A stretch of DNA of 32,520 nucleotides from Octopus sinensis (GCF_006345805.1 NW_021832824.1:1-32520), one strand, 5' to 3'; positions 1-12,489 are shown, counted from the first letter of the stretch. The notes: generated by a model from the letters alone, not told the origin. A program made the numbers and translations.

Positions 1-1164
1 CTCTCCGCACACAGACACACACTCTCTCTGACTTCCCCTGTCTGTTTCTGACCACCAACCACCAACACCACCACCATCAATCTTTTTCAGTTAGCGTGGG
101 AGTATGTGACTGTCGTGATTTAGAGTTAGATATATAGATAGTGAGTGTGACAGAGTGAGAGAGAGAAAGGAGAGAGAGAGAGAGAGAGAGATAATAAAAG
201 AAATTTAGAGTTTTCTAGTGGGTCGGTATATTTGTAGGTTATAACCAGATAAGTGGATATATATTGAGATAAGTATAGCTGTATATACTAACAAAACGAA
301 AGAGGTACAGAAAGGGAGATTACGTGTCGTCTTCCGGTTCAGAATATTTTTGTTTTTGTATGTGTTTGTACATATGTAAGTGTGTGTGAGGTTGTGTATG
401 TATGTGCTTTTTTGCCTCATAGTCTAAATGCTGCGTATTTATATGAGAATGCACGAGATAACATGAGGTAAAAACGAGATTTGGGGGATAATGTAATGTG
501 CAAACGACGGCGAGAGATTTGATTGTTTTATTATATTTTATTTTATTTTATTTTATTTAAGCATGACTGTGGGAGGCGGAGATAAGGTTGGTGAAATCAA
601 AAAAGAGAAGAAAAATAGGAATAAAATGTTGAGAGATAGAATAAAAACAAGTTCCCTCAGCAAATATTAATAAAAGGCTTTTAGTTAACTTCGTGTGTGT
701 TAAAGTGTGTGAGACTAAACGTATATTCTAATCACAGATGACGTTCTGTTCAATATTAAAGTTTAAACATTCAGCCTCTCAATCCTATTAAAAACTTGAT
801 CTCTTTAACTAAACATAACGTATCTTATTCTCTCTTTTTTTATTACTAATATTTTTGTTTCTTTTTTAGATAATTTATTTTATCAACGAATATATAAAAA
901 ATAAATTTGAGTTTGTAAAAATTATGTCATGAATATTATTGATATAACAGCAATAATGATAACTCACAAAAAATGTATGAATAAATACAATATTGATTTA
1001 TATCCTGTTTTATTTATTTATTTATTTATATGTTTATTCATTTATTTACTGAGAGAGTTACAACAAGGTCACACATTTCTAATATGGGTTATATTTGATA
1101 TTTAATGGAGTTGATACTTGTAAAAGAGAACTAGTTATTTTATATTTTAATTTAACCTTTTTTT

Positions 1165-1250
1165 TATTTCTTTATCGACTAGAAGGAGATGAAAGTTGAA
1201 TTCGCAACCCGTTGGGATTTGAACACAGAGTATAATGTTACGAAGATAAA
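1165..1250 (-). mobile_element. Degenerate SINE fragment (family B)
   Basis: TTTATCGACTAGAAGGAGATGAAAG...GGGATTTGAAC is loosely the reverse complement of 2455-2527 and carries a B-box-like GTTCAAATCCC on the minus strand. Confidence 0.4.
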
Positions 1251-1323
1251 TCTGTAAGACTTGAAGTTAGCCACGTACAGGGTTTCGAAATAGAATCTTG
1301 CATTACATATAGCATAATGAATT

Positions 1324-1616
<293 letters not shown>

Positions 1617-1994
1617 TTTTGTATAGGTATGGTATACCGGAATACATCTATTTATGCACGCATATATATACATAACTATCCGCTCACACACACACACATA
1701 CACACGCATGGGATGCAAACGTACCTAATGACATGACAGCTGATAAAGAACAATTTTATGATATTCAGAACGCCATTTCTGCGTATGTATACGCGTGTAT
1801 ATGTGTATTTACGTATACATGTGTATGTACAAATCCGTTTGTAATTGCACATCTGCATAATTGATCAGGGGTGTATGTTCGTATTTGTTTGTGTATGTAT
1901 TTGATATTTTTGTTTGAGGGATCTGTCCGTGAAACATCGCTGAATTACACTATATAGCAGGCTCACTAATACGTATTGTGCAATCTGTAAGATA

Positions 1995-2405
1995 GGCGCA
2001 TGAGTGGCTGTGTGGTAAGTAGCTTGCTAACCAACCATATGGTTCCGGGTTCAGTCCCACTGCGTGGCATCTTGGGCAAGTGTCTTCTGCTATAGTCCCG
2101 GGCCGACCAATGCCTTGTGAGTGGATTTGATAGACGGAAACTGAAAGAAGCCCGTCGTATATATGTATATATATGTATGCGTGTGTGTGTTTGTGTGTCT
2201 GTGTTTGTTCCCCCTAGCATTGCTTGACAACCGATGCTGGTGTGTTTACGTCCCCGTAACTTAGCGGTTCGGCAAAAGAGACCGATAGAATAAGTACTGG
2301 GCTTACAAAGAATAAGTCCCGGGGTCGATTTGCTCGACTAAAGGCAGTGTTCCAGCATGGCCGCAGTCAAATGACAAGTAAAAGAGTAAAAGAGTAAAGA
2401 GTAAG
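1995..2405 (+). mobile_element. Full-length tRNA-derived SINE (family A, CORE-like central segment)
   Basis: A-box-like GTGGCTGTGTGGT at 2004-2016 and B-box-like GGGTTCAGTCCC at 2047-2058. CTTGGGCAAGTGTCTT resembles the CORE domain. Has an internal TA/TG microsatellite and a (GTAAAAGA)n 3' tail. A close reverse copy is at 32154-32520 and decayed copies occur elsewhere in the window. Confidence 0.9.
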
Positions 2406-2454
2406 TAGCAGGAACTTTGCCTTGTGATATTCAACTACAAGCGTTAATCTATGT

Positions 2455-2527
2455 GCTAGGTTCAAATCCTGTCTAGGTCACATTTAACTTTTTCCTTCCG
2501 TGATCGATAAAATAAAATAGCAGTTGA
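2455..2527 (+). mobile_element. Degenerate SINE fragment (family B)
   Basis: B-box-like GGTTCAAATCC followed by ...CTTTTTCCTTCCGTGATCGATAAAATAAA. Related pieces at ~1165, ~24215 and ~25545. Confidence 0.45.
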
Positions 2528-2773
2528 AAGTCGTTTGTGGTCTAGTGCGTCTTATCAGAAATCTTTATATTATGGTCGCTTCCTGAAGATAGATTTCTTT
2601 TATGATTTTGTTCTTATTTTAACACCCTCATTGATCTAGTAATTTTCTTTCTTATATATAATTGTTAGAGTTCATAGTGGCTTATATAATTATATACTAT
2701 AACACAGTACAATTATACTACACTCGCATAGCCCCACCCCACATATACGGTTATATGCATTCTCAAATTCTTA

Positions 2774-2774
<1 letters not shown>

Positions 2775-2859
<85 letters not shown>

Positions 2860-2899
2860 CATATATACACACATATACATGCATACATACATACATATA

Positions 2900-2943
<44 letters not shown>

Positions 2944-3148
2944 GTACTCACAACACATATTTTTGTGTATATATGTATATGTAAATACACAGAAAGAGTA
3001 ATACCATTTGATCTTCCTTCATCTATCTATTTATCTATCCATCTATCTATCTCGCGCTCTATATAAATGTATATGTATATGTGTATATACATATACATAT
3101 ATCTGCATATATATATTTGTGTGTGTGAGTTTATGAATATGTATACGC

Positions 3149-3194
<46 letters not shown>

Positions 3195-3215
3195 GAGAGA
3201 GAGAGAGAGAGAGAG
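2775..3215. repeat. (TA)n/(GA)n compound microsatellite region
   Basis: Read directly from the sequence. Confidence 0.9.
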
Positions 3216-3688
3216 ACCTATAAAGAAATATACGTATACACATACATGTGCACATAAACGTGTGTTTATATTTGCACGTACAAATCTATATTTATACAAC
3301 TATATGTATAAGTGTATGTGTGTGTGTGTGTATAACCTTACAAGTGAACGTACACGAAACACGGACACACAAACACTGACTGACGCACGGATTTCTTCCT
3401 ACGCACATTCACATACACGACACTATATATTTGACATTTATTCTGTTATGCTTATGTATGGGATTATTATAATTCTATACTCACTGTTATTGTTCTTCTT
3501 TACGCTTATCATTTATATGTCTTTCATTGTTTAGAACACTACACGTGAGCCTGTGTTTGTAAGTACGATTCACATGCACACGCACGCACAAACTCACACA
3601 CATACACAAATACGTGTACGCATTTATAGACACACCCGTAAGTACACATATGTGTGTCTATGCGCGCGTGTGTGAGTCCATATAAATA

Positions 3689-3692
3689 TCTG

Positions 3693-3779
<87 letters not shown>

Positions 3780-3818
3780 GTCTATCTAGCTATCTGTGTG
3801 TCTCTGTGTCTGTCTGTG

Positions 3819-3897
<79 letters not shown>

Positions 3898-3914
3898 TTA
3901 TCTATCTATCTAAA

Positions 3915-3954
<40 letters not shown>

Positions 3955-4061
3955 CCTTTTGTTCGAAAACCAACCAACCCCTTTTTTATCCCCAAAAAGA
4001 AAAGCTCTACCCTGTAATTTGTCCCGTCTGTGTGCAGCCCTGTGCGGATAATAAAGAAACA

Positions 4062-4117
<56 letters not shown>

Positions 4118-4118
4118 C

Positions 4119-4210
<92 letters not shown>
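3689..4210. repeat. (TATC)n/(TGTC)n tetranucleotide array interrupted by a ~105-bp insert at 3955-4060
   Basis: Read directly. The insert ends in ...CCCTGTGCGGATAATAAAGAAAC and looks like a retroposon 3' tail. Confidence 0.9.
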
Positions 4211-4574
4211 GTTCATCTGTGTGTGTGTATAAATATTAATATGTATCAAGTAGTAGGAGGAGGAAGTGTGGGAAGTTAATTTATGACAAAAAAACATTTG
4301 TACCTCCTGTCTTTTTTATCTCTCTCTTCCCTCCTTCTCTCTATCTTCGTGTATTTGATATTGTCCTGCCTTGCCTCACGCATTATATTTATATGTATTT
4401 TGCTGCTATTCATAGTGTAAATATGTTTACCTCTTATCTTTATCACAACATTTCAATTGTCATCGAACGTGGTCTTAAAAAAAAGCCATAGATATTGCCC
4501 ATCGTGTTTCTCTCGATTTGCTGAAAATATATATGGACTTGTAGATCGTTATGAGTACCTCAGTATACAAGGTC

Positions 4575-4575
4575 C

Positions 4576-4638
<63 letters not shown>

Positions 4639-4686
4639 CATGTATGTATGTATGTATGTATGTATGTATGTATGTATGCATGTATG

Positions 4687-4738
<52 letters not shown>

Positions 4739-4850
4739 CATATTTATATATCCATATATATGTAATATATACATACATATAAATATATATACATATATAT
4801 ATATATATATAATATATATACATATATATATATATACACATATGTATATT
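4575..4850. repeat. (TA)n(TG)n(TATG)n compound microsatellite
   Basis: Read directly from the sequence. Confidence 0.9.
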
Positions 4851-5150
4851 TATGCATTGATATATGCATATACCAGTTTGTAAGCACACACACACAGCAA
4901 CATGCATGTGTAGGGTGTGTGTGTGTGAATATGTGTTATATATTCAGACCTAAGTCAATGTAATGGGCAACAGGTTCAGAATACGGTATTGCGAAATTCC
5001 ATGTCCTGACATTTCTCGTGCAATCCATTTTTGATGGAAACGTGTAAAGTATCGCCGTTTCTCACCAGACTATTTATATGAAATTTATCTATATCAATGT
5101 GTATATACTTTTATGTATACATAGGAATATATATTTATATATAGTCCTAT

Positions 5151-5184
<34 letters not shown>

Positions 5185-5745
5185 CCATTCGATATCTCTG
5201 TGTGTGTATCTCTTTCCATTTTGTTATATGTGCTTCAGCTATTAGGCAGCTTGTTGGGGCAAATTAAAGTTTAATACAACTCAGTGCAAATAATGCGCTC
5301 TTACTATATGTATAGATTAAAATAAATCATTGTGAAACGTGCAAAGGAATGGTTATGTGACAAATGAGTTTGTCTTTATTTATTGAGAAATAAGCATACA
5401 CTTTTTTTTTTACTTTTTGTGTTTTTTTTTTTTTGGTGGGGGGTTGAGTTCCTAACAGAAAAAGAAACAACAAATAAACCGGTAATACAAATAATATCGG
5501 TTAGCAACAAATTCCTGAAGCTTGAGTGGGTGATATATTCAAATAACTCCAATATATGAAAGTTTTCTGGCGAGGTAGATCTCAATTGTTGAATCTGACC
5601 TGAGATTCTGTGGTTGAAAAAAATCTCTTCACATAATTTGCTACAACACCAAACACACATTTATAAATTTGAATTCAATTAGAAAATAGATAACCAATGA
5701 TGTTAAATTAATCATGGTATAATGTATTTGCATATGCACAGTCTT

Positions 5746-6315
5746 TTAACAAAGCGAGCACAAATATTTTGAATGATTTAAAGTTTCTTCATTTGGGTTT
5801 CTTTTTTGAATTCCATTCAAAACATTGCAATAATCCAGATTTCCAGTGATAAAACAGTGAAGCAGATATTTTGCATTTTCTTTGCATAGAAATTTCATAA
5901 TCCTATTAAAACTATTCATATAGATTAAGCTTTCCTTGCGAATATGTCCAATGTAATCATTATAAGTAACAATCAAAACGTACCTCTAAATACTGCTCGT
6001 AAGTTGTATAAACGTTTATTGCGGATATTCAAACTCTACTTAGATTATTATGCAAACCACACAAGTATATCTCAATTTTATTTGCGTTAAACTTATGTTT
6101 GTTGGATGTGAATCCGCTTAGGTCGTAATTCAAACAAACTGACAGCAAAGAACCGTAATTAAGTAAATTGTGGGTATAGAAGAATGCATATAAATCTGTG
6201 CCGTCTGTGTGAACACTGTGTTTCAACTTTTAAGTTTCCATAATAATAATTAATGGCACGTTATATAATGTATATAGCGCATGGCGAAGTAGTGGATCCT
6301 GCGCTACACTACAGT
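5746..6315 (-). pseudogene. Ancient L2/CR1-group LINE reverse-transcriptase remnant
   Basis: Frameshifted minus-strand peptides occur in the expected order. CSVAQ-STTSP...LYTLYNVPL matches GVPQGSVLGPLLFTLY; HTDGTDLY matches YADDTQLY; SNKHKFNANKIE matches NKLKLNxxKTE; LHCFITGNLDYCN matches HAFITSRLDYCN. Confidence 0.7.
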
Positions 6316-6340
6316 CAAATACCAGCAATAGTTTACAAGT

Positions 6341-6615
6341 GGAGGCACATAGCCTAGTGGTTAGAGCAGCGGACTTGCGGTCGAGGGATCGCGGGTTCGA
6401 ATCTCAGACCGGGCGATGTGTATGTTTATGAGTGAAACACCTAAGCTTCACGGGGCTCTGGCAGAAGGTAATGGGGAACTATTGCTGACTCTTTCGCCAC
6501 AACTTTCTCTCACTCTTTCCTCTTGCATATTGTAGCTCACCTGCGTCGGACCGGCATCCCGTCCAGGTGGGGAACCTATACGTCAAGGAAACCGGGAAAC
6601 CGGCACTTATGCGAA
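6341..6615 (+). mobile_element. tRNA-derived SINE (family C)
   Basis: A box TAGCCTAGTGG at 6350-6360 and B box GGTTCGAATCT at 6394-6404, but the acceptor and anticodon stems do not pair. It is followed by a ~200-bp GC-richer body with CTGCGTCGGACCGGCATCCCGTCCAGG and GAAACCGGGAAACCGG. Confidence 0.85.
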
Positions 6616-6940
6616 TGAAGATGACCACTTTCAAACAGTGTACTCCATTCAAGGGAAATTACAACCGATACGATACCATTTTAAGATACTAATTCAATAT
6701 CATACTATAGATTAACAAGAGCTTTTTCTTAAGAACACAAATACATCTTATATGGTGGGTGAAACAGAAGCGGATTCACTTCTACGTCGTTTTGTATAAG
6801 TTTTAGAATTAGAATTTTCCTTGATTTTTTGCAATAAAGAGTACTCTAGACACTGCTTGTTAATTTCTTTAATTCTATTTTTTTAAAGTATTCTCATATA
6901 CTGGGCTGAAACCAGCAAAATGAAAAAGATATATATATAT

Positions 6941-7175
6941 GAATTTGTTAGACGAAAACTGTGCGGAATCCCGTCGAATATATATACGTTAATATTAGTG
7001 TTTCTTTCTGTCTTTGTTTGCCTCACAGACTTTTTGATAAACGCTGTTGTTTCTTTATGTCAGTGTAACTTAACAGTTCAACTTTGAAATATGTGCTTTG
7101 GGTCGATTTGTTCAAGCAAAGGCCTTCATGTTGGTACCCCGGCATGGCAGCAGTCCAATAACGGAAACAAGTAAC
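6941..7175 (+). mobile_element. Decayed, 5'-truncated family A SINE
   Basis: AGACGAAAACTG...CCCGTCG, GGGTCGATTTGTTC and GCATGGCAGCAGTCCAA...ACAAGTAA align by eye to 2125-2385. Confidence 0.7.
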
Positions 7176-7267
7176 TTGGAAAAATTGACAAACATATCTA
7201 TACATACATATTTATGTGCATATTATTATAATACGTACATATACATACATACATACACACACACACA

Positions 7268-7302
<35 letters not shown>

Positions 7303-7405
7303 GTACATATATATATATATGTGTGTTTATGTATATATATATGTATCTATATCTATTTTTTCTTCTCCACCAGTCTCTCTTTTTATATCTCTCTCTTTGT
7401 ATATT

Positions 7406-7439
<34 letters not shown>

Positions 7440-8086
7440 CGTGTGTGTGTGTGTGTGTGTATATATGTATGTATATAGCGTGCCATCTGTGGTTTAATAC
7501 CACATTACAATGATCAATACATATTTACTAGGAAAAGAGACCGTTAAAAATGTCCACTTACCACACACTCACACACACAGGAACACACACACACATAAAC
7601 ACATATTACTTCCTCACCCAAACATTTAAAAACACAGACACACACACATACTTGTGCACACATCCACAACACAAACGCACACAAACAAGCAAAAACACAC
7701 ACACACACACACACACACTCAGATACAGCCCCCCCCACACACACACACACACGGACACACATACGCACATAGGTTAAACGCAAACATATTTACACTCACA
7801 CTCAAATTCAGAAATCTGTCGCAGATTTTCAATGAAAACTACGCAATAGAAGGAGAATAAAACAACTATGCGACTGGAATATGTATGATAACGGAACGGG
7901 AAGACATTATTTAGACATTATTGTTATCGACTTGGAATCTTCAAAACATAAAGCCAAAATGATATACTGAAAATTGTTTGAATTAACTTCCATTTAGTGA
8001 GTAGAGGGTAATGCAAATATATATATACTATATATCATAAACCACACACAGACACGCAAATACACACTTATAATGTGTATATATAT

Positions 8087-8118
<32 letters not shown>

Positions 8119-8119
8119 C

Positions 8120-8156
<37 letters not shown>

Positions 8157-8181
8157 GAATAAGGTTGTACGTGCTTATACA

Positions 8182-8215
<34 letters not shown>

Positions 8216-8852
8216 CATATATATATAAGTATAATTATATGTATATGAGTGTGTGTGTATAGATATGTATGTATGTATGTGTGTATGTATGTATGTATAT
8301 GTATGTAGGTAGATAGATTGATGAATTGATTGACAGATAGAGAGATATCGCGAAACGAGCGGATATATCCTTTCTGCTACCCATTATTTTACTTAAAAAC
8401 ATTGTCATAGCATGTTGTCGTTTATAATTCTATATCAATGCACTTGTTGCACTTCTATTGCGTTGTCTTGTGTTTATTTTCCTCATAATTGACTGATGTT
8501 TTATTTATCAACAAAAACTAATGTTTTATCTAATTTCATCGTAAGTAGACCTATGTTTCCCTTTTCCTATCTTAATGGCTGGTTTTTACCATGTTTCTCT
8601 TCATTGTCATTGTTTTATCTCTGTCCCAGTTGCCCAAATTCCATTTTAGATTTTCTCTGTATTTTACATCATCTCCAATAATAACAATTGCATAACAAGC
8701 TTATCCAATTGCTTGTTGATTCTGGTAGAGTCCTATCGACATCGAAACCGTTAGAATCCTTTGCGTGATAGCTGAAGGCAAATTAACCTTTTACATCGTT
8801 TTACCCATTGTGCCCATTCCTTACGAACTCACACATACACATGCACGCACAC

Positions 8853-9148
8853 ACCAATGTATATCCTGTTTCATGCGAAGGATTGGGTTATGTGCATATC
8901 CTTCAAAACCTACCAATATGACTACTGCCTTTTATCTTGAGCAGCTGCGATTTGGAGGCAGTAGGACATACATACATAGCTATACACATACACACACACA
9001 CAAAGACACGCATAAACCGATATATATATACCAGTGTACATCCTGTCTTCATGCAAAGGAATTCCGTTATGTGTTATATCCTTCATAACTCACCAGTGTA
9101 ACTACTGCCAATTATCTTCAGCAGCTGCGATTTGGAAGCAACAGGACA
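8853..9148. repeat. Diverged direct duplication of a ~115-bp unit (8853-8968 and 9030-9148)
   Basis: Shared blocks TTATGTG..TATCCTTCA, ACTACTGCC, TTATCTT.AGCAGCTGCGATTTGGA.GCA..AGGACA, separated by a CA/TA microsatellite. Confidence 0.85.
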
Positions 9149-9809
9149 AATACGCAGAGGAAAAGTATTGTAGAGGGAGAAAATTCTATAGAGAAAAGTA
9201 TGGGCGAGTCATTTGGGTACGTCTGAAGGAGGTGAACACAATCTGGGTGACGAAAAGTAGAAAAACGAATGGCTTAGATGGGCCCTAATGAAATGTAGTA
9301 ACACAGGAGCCAACACTGAAACCCTGAAGACAAAATATTACCATTATATATTGGTATAAGGTTATAAATTTGTGGTAGAACGGTTATGGACGATAGTAAA
9401 TTTTTTAGTGTATAACTCCCAATTCAACGACGATGGTGCACAACTATGATCACAGACATTCCAATTATGATCATCTTGTCTCTTTGCCTTCAGATTTTGA
9501 ATATATTCGATTACATATTTTTTTCTTTTATTGAGACACTAGTATCATATTTTGAGGACAATAGGCTGCAGTTTCTTATAACCGTCAGACAGATATATCA
9601 TACTGGTGGTTTATAAATTTGATTAGACATAATCGAGTTGACCGATTTTATATACCAATGACTAGATTGGTTAATGTGATCTGCCTTATTTAAATTGTAT
9701 CGCATGTTTCGAAATTGTTTCGACTGTCAGTTCTACTAGATCCAATAACCATATAGAGAAGTGTTCCTTAACTATTTTTAATAATTGACACTTTCATTCC
9801 TATTTTACT

Positions 9810-10006
9810 CAGAGGGACCATCATAGACCTTCCATTTAAAAATATATATATATATTTATAATTAAATATTTTTTAGGAATGTATAAAACAAATTTTTAAA
9901 TATATTTTGAATTGTAGAAGTATAACAAATTTATTGAAGATAAATTTTAATAACAAAATTTTCATGAACCCCCAAAGGCCATATGGATCCCAGTTGAGTA
10001 CCGCTG
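9810..10006. mobile_element. Possible hAT-like non-autonomous DNA transposon end
   Basis: The minus strand starts CAGCGGTACTCAACTGGGATCCATATGG, resembling hAT-type termini (CAGxGGTTCTCAAC). The partner end was not found and the left boundary is approximate. Confidence 0.3.
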
Positions 10007-10065
10007 ATACAGAGTTTTCAAGGTTATTCTAACTGATACTTGCTTACATTCTTTACAGAAAAAAT

Positions 10066-10097
<32 letters not shown>

Positions 10098-12118
10098 GAA
10101 AATGGTAAAACGTGAAAAAACTACAGAAGGCTTGTTTTAAAAGGTTAAAACATATATATTTGAGTCAATATGTCTGAAGAATGTTATAAATTTTTTTCAT
10201 ACAATGACATAGTTTAGAAGAAATGACCGGTTTCGCGTTCAGCTTTTCAAATTTCTTAAATCGTTATGTTTACGTTGAGCGGAGATCTAGATAATAAGTG
10301 AATTCTTCCGGTGTAAGGGAGATAATCGTTTAAAATTATTTGCCTTTCTTTTGGATTGAGTTTCTCTATAAGTATGTTGGAATGGTTAAGTTTGGGCTTG
10401 TATTTTTCAATGAAGAATGTTTCCTTGTTTAGTCTAATCTGTGTTGGTGTTCCGATAGCACATTGGTAGAATGGAAAGATTAAAAATTGTGGTAGTAGTT
10501 GCTTTGCGCATTTCTCAATGTGCTCACTAAAGGGTATCATTCTGTATTCTGGGAATGCAATCTGTTGTCGATGCAGTGTGCATCTACGTCTGAGTGATAG
10601 TCCCGTGGATCCCACGTAGTCTTGTTGGCAGCCCGAGCATTTTATGACATAAATTATGTTTTCAGAGGCACAAGTAAAATTAGATTTGATCTTGAATTTC
10701 TGATCCTTCTAGCAGGTTTGGACATGTTGCACAGTTCGGTCTACCACATTTTTTTACTTTTGCATCCGTAATTTCAGAAAGCAATTTTGCCTTTGTGAGA
10801 ATCTTTTTAAGTGATTTAGGTTGTTTTTAGCTTTTAATGATTTGGTGTATGTTTAGAATTTCCTTTAATTTGGGGTCCTTATGAAGTATTGGTAAATTCT
10901 GGGTGATGATAGTGAAGGCTTCTTTGTTTCTCGGGTTGTATGTGGATGTGTAAGGTAGTATTTTCGGGGAAGGTGTGTTGTTGTGTTGAACTTTTCTTAA
11001 AGTTTCTATGTTGATTTCTGTTGCACGTCTGATCCCATCCTCTATGAGTTGAGCTGGGTAATGTCTGTCAATTAGGGTGTTTTTGAGTTCTTGCAGTCTA
11101 AAGTTCCTGGTATTTTGTTCTGACACTATTGTGCATATCCTTCTTGCAAGGTTGAAGGGCATGCTTGTTTTAGTGTGTCTTGGGTGGCATGAATCAAAAA
11201 GAAGGTATTGTTTGGCGTCTGTGGCTTTGTAAAAAATGTGTTTCTATTTTAAGGTTAATTTTTTTAATTAGTATATCCAAGAACGGGAGCTCCTTTTTGT
11301 TGTATTCCATTGTGAACTGTATATTTGGGTTTATGCTGTTCAATAGGTTTTTAAATTTTAGGAGTTTATCTGTGTTTTCATTCCAGAGTATAAAACAATC
11401 GTCCAGGAATCGTTTCCAATTCTCTTTTATGTATTAAGAGAGGGGGTTTCCAAAGATTGATAAAGATTCCTGGTAAATGATTATTTCCAGGTAGCCCATT
11501 GTTAGGTTCGCAATGACTGGTGCTGCCCTTGTACCCATAGCAATTCCGGATTTTTGACGGTAAAATGTATTGTCAAACATGAAGTGGTTATTATGTAGGA
11601 TGAATTCAATTGATTTAGTAATGAATTCTTTACTGATCCTTTTTGGTATTTCTTCCGGAAATTGGTCCAGCCAGAACTGTATTGCCTCTAGTCCATAATT
11701 ATGAGGTATACTGGTATATAAGTTAACTACATCAAATGAAACCATGATTGTTTCTTCCTTGGCTTTTTTTGGAAGGTGGTTTAACATATCTAAGTCATCT
11801 CTGATGTGGCTATCGATATGTTTAAGGAAGGGTTTCAGGAGGATGTCCATAAATAGACTTAGTCTTTGTGTTTCACAGGTTGGGCCAGCTACAATGGGTC
11901 GTAGTTTTAGGTCCCCCGGATTAGGTGTGTGTAGGTATGTCTTTGGTGATTTTTTAATGTTTTCATTTATAATTTGGCTTTTATGAATTTTTGGCAGACC
12001 ATAGAAGAGGCTAGGTTTTCATTTAAAGTTTGTTAGAAAGTCAATCTCTTTGGTTGTTAGTTCCTTTTCATGAGTTTTAATTAGTGAAGATAGAGTTTTC
12101 ATTATTTTTTGTGGGGTG
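10098..12118 (-). mobile_element. Penelope-like element (RT + GIY-YIG endonuclease), 5'-truncated and disrupted
   Basis: RT motifs FYGLPKIHK, LRPIVAG, VSFDVVNLYTSIP, YRQKSGIAMGT, WKRFLDDCF, LPFLDI and SCHPRHTK. Cys linker KCGRPNCATC...FTC. Endonuclease NIIYVIKCSGCQQDYVGST...R...H...H...KETFFI..YKPKLN. Stops or frameshifts near 12020, 11434, 10827 and 10700. Flanked by (TA)n and (TAA)n. Confidence 0.95.
10218..10257 (-). ncRNA. Minimal type I hammerhead ribozyme motif (U3:A8 variant) in the Penelope terminal region
   Basis: The minus strand reads AAGAAAT-TTGAAAA-GC-TGAAC-GC-GAAA-CCG-GTC-ATTTCTT. This gives a 7-bp stem I, a 2-bp stem II, a palindromic ACCGGT stem III and a GUC cleavage triplet. 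Confidence 0.75.
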
Positions 12119-12120
12119 TA

Positions 12121-12132
12121 ATAATAACAATG

Positions 12133-12203
<71 letters not shown>
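12121..12203. repeat. (TAA)n microsatellite
   Basis: Read directly from the sequence. Confidence 0.95.
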
Positions 12204-12204
<1 letters not shown>

Positions 12205-12379
12205 TGAGAGAATAGAAGGGTAATAAATAAATGATTATTTGTTTATTAAAAAATTTACAACCATCCCTTACAGTGGAGTATTAAATATAATGTTCAATAC
12301 TCTTTGTATAGATAATTTACCAGTACTTTCATAAGATTTTGCTATCCCTGAATGAGGTTTGTAATCTTTAATTGTGCTT

Positions 12380-12489
<110 letters not shown>

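Noticed and set aside
1-381. Possible 5' UTR exon (CT-rich start, GTAAGT at 376-381)
   Set aside because: Only generic signals; no ORF or other support from the sequence.
6341-6415. Possible tRNA gene
   Set aside because: A and B boxes are present, but the acceptor and anticodon stems do not pair and there is no T-run terminator; it is a SINE head.
9150-9300. Possible RTE 3'-end remnant (CRGRK..., NEWLRWAL)
   Set aside because: Similarity too weak to distinguish from chance.
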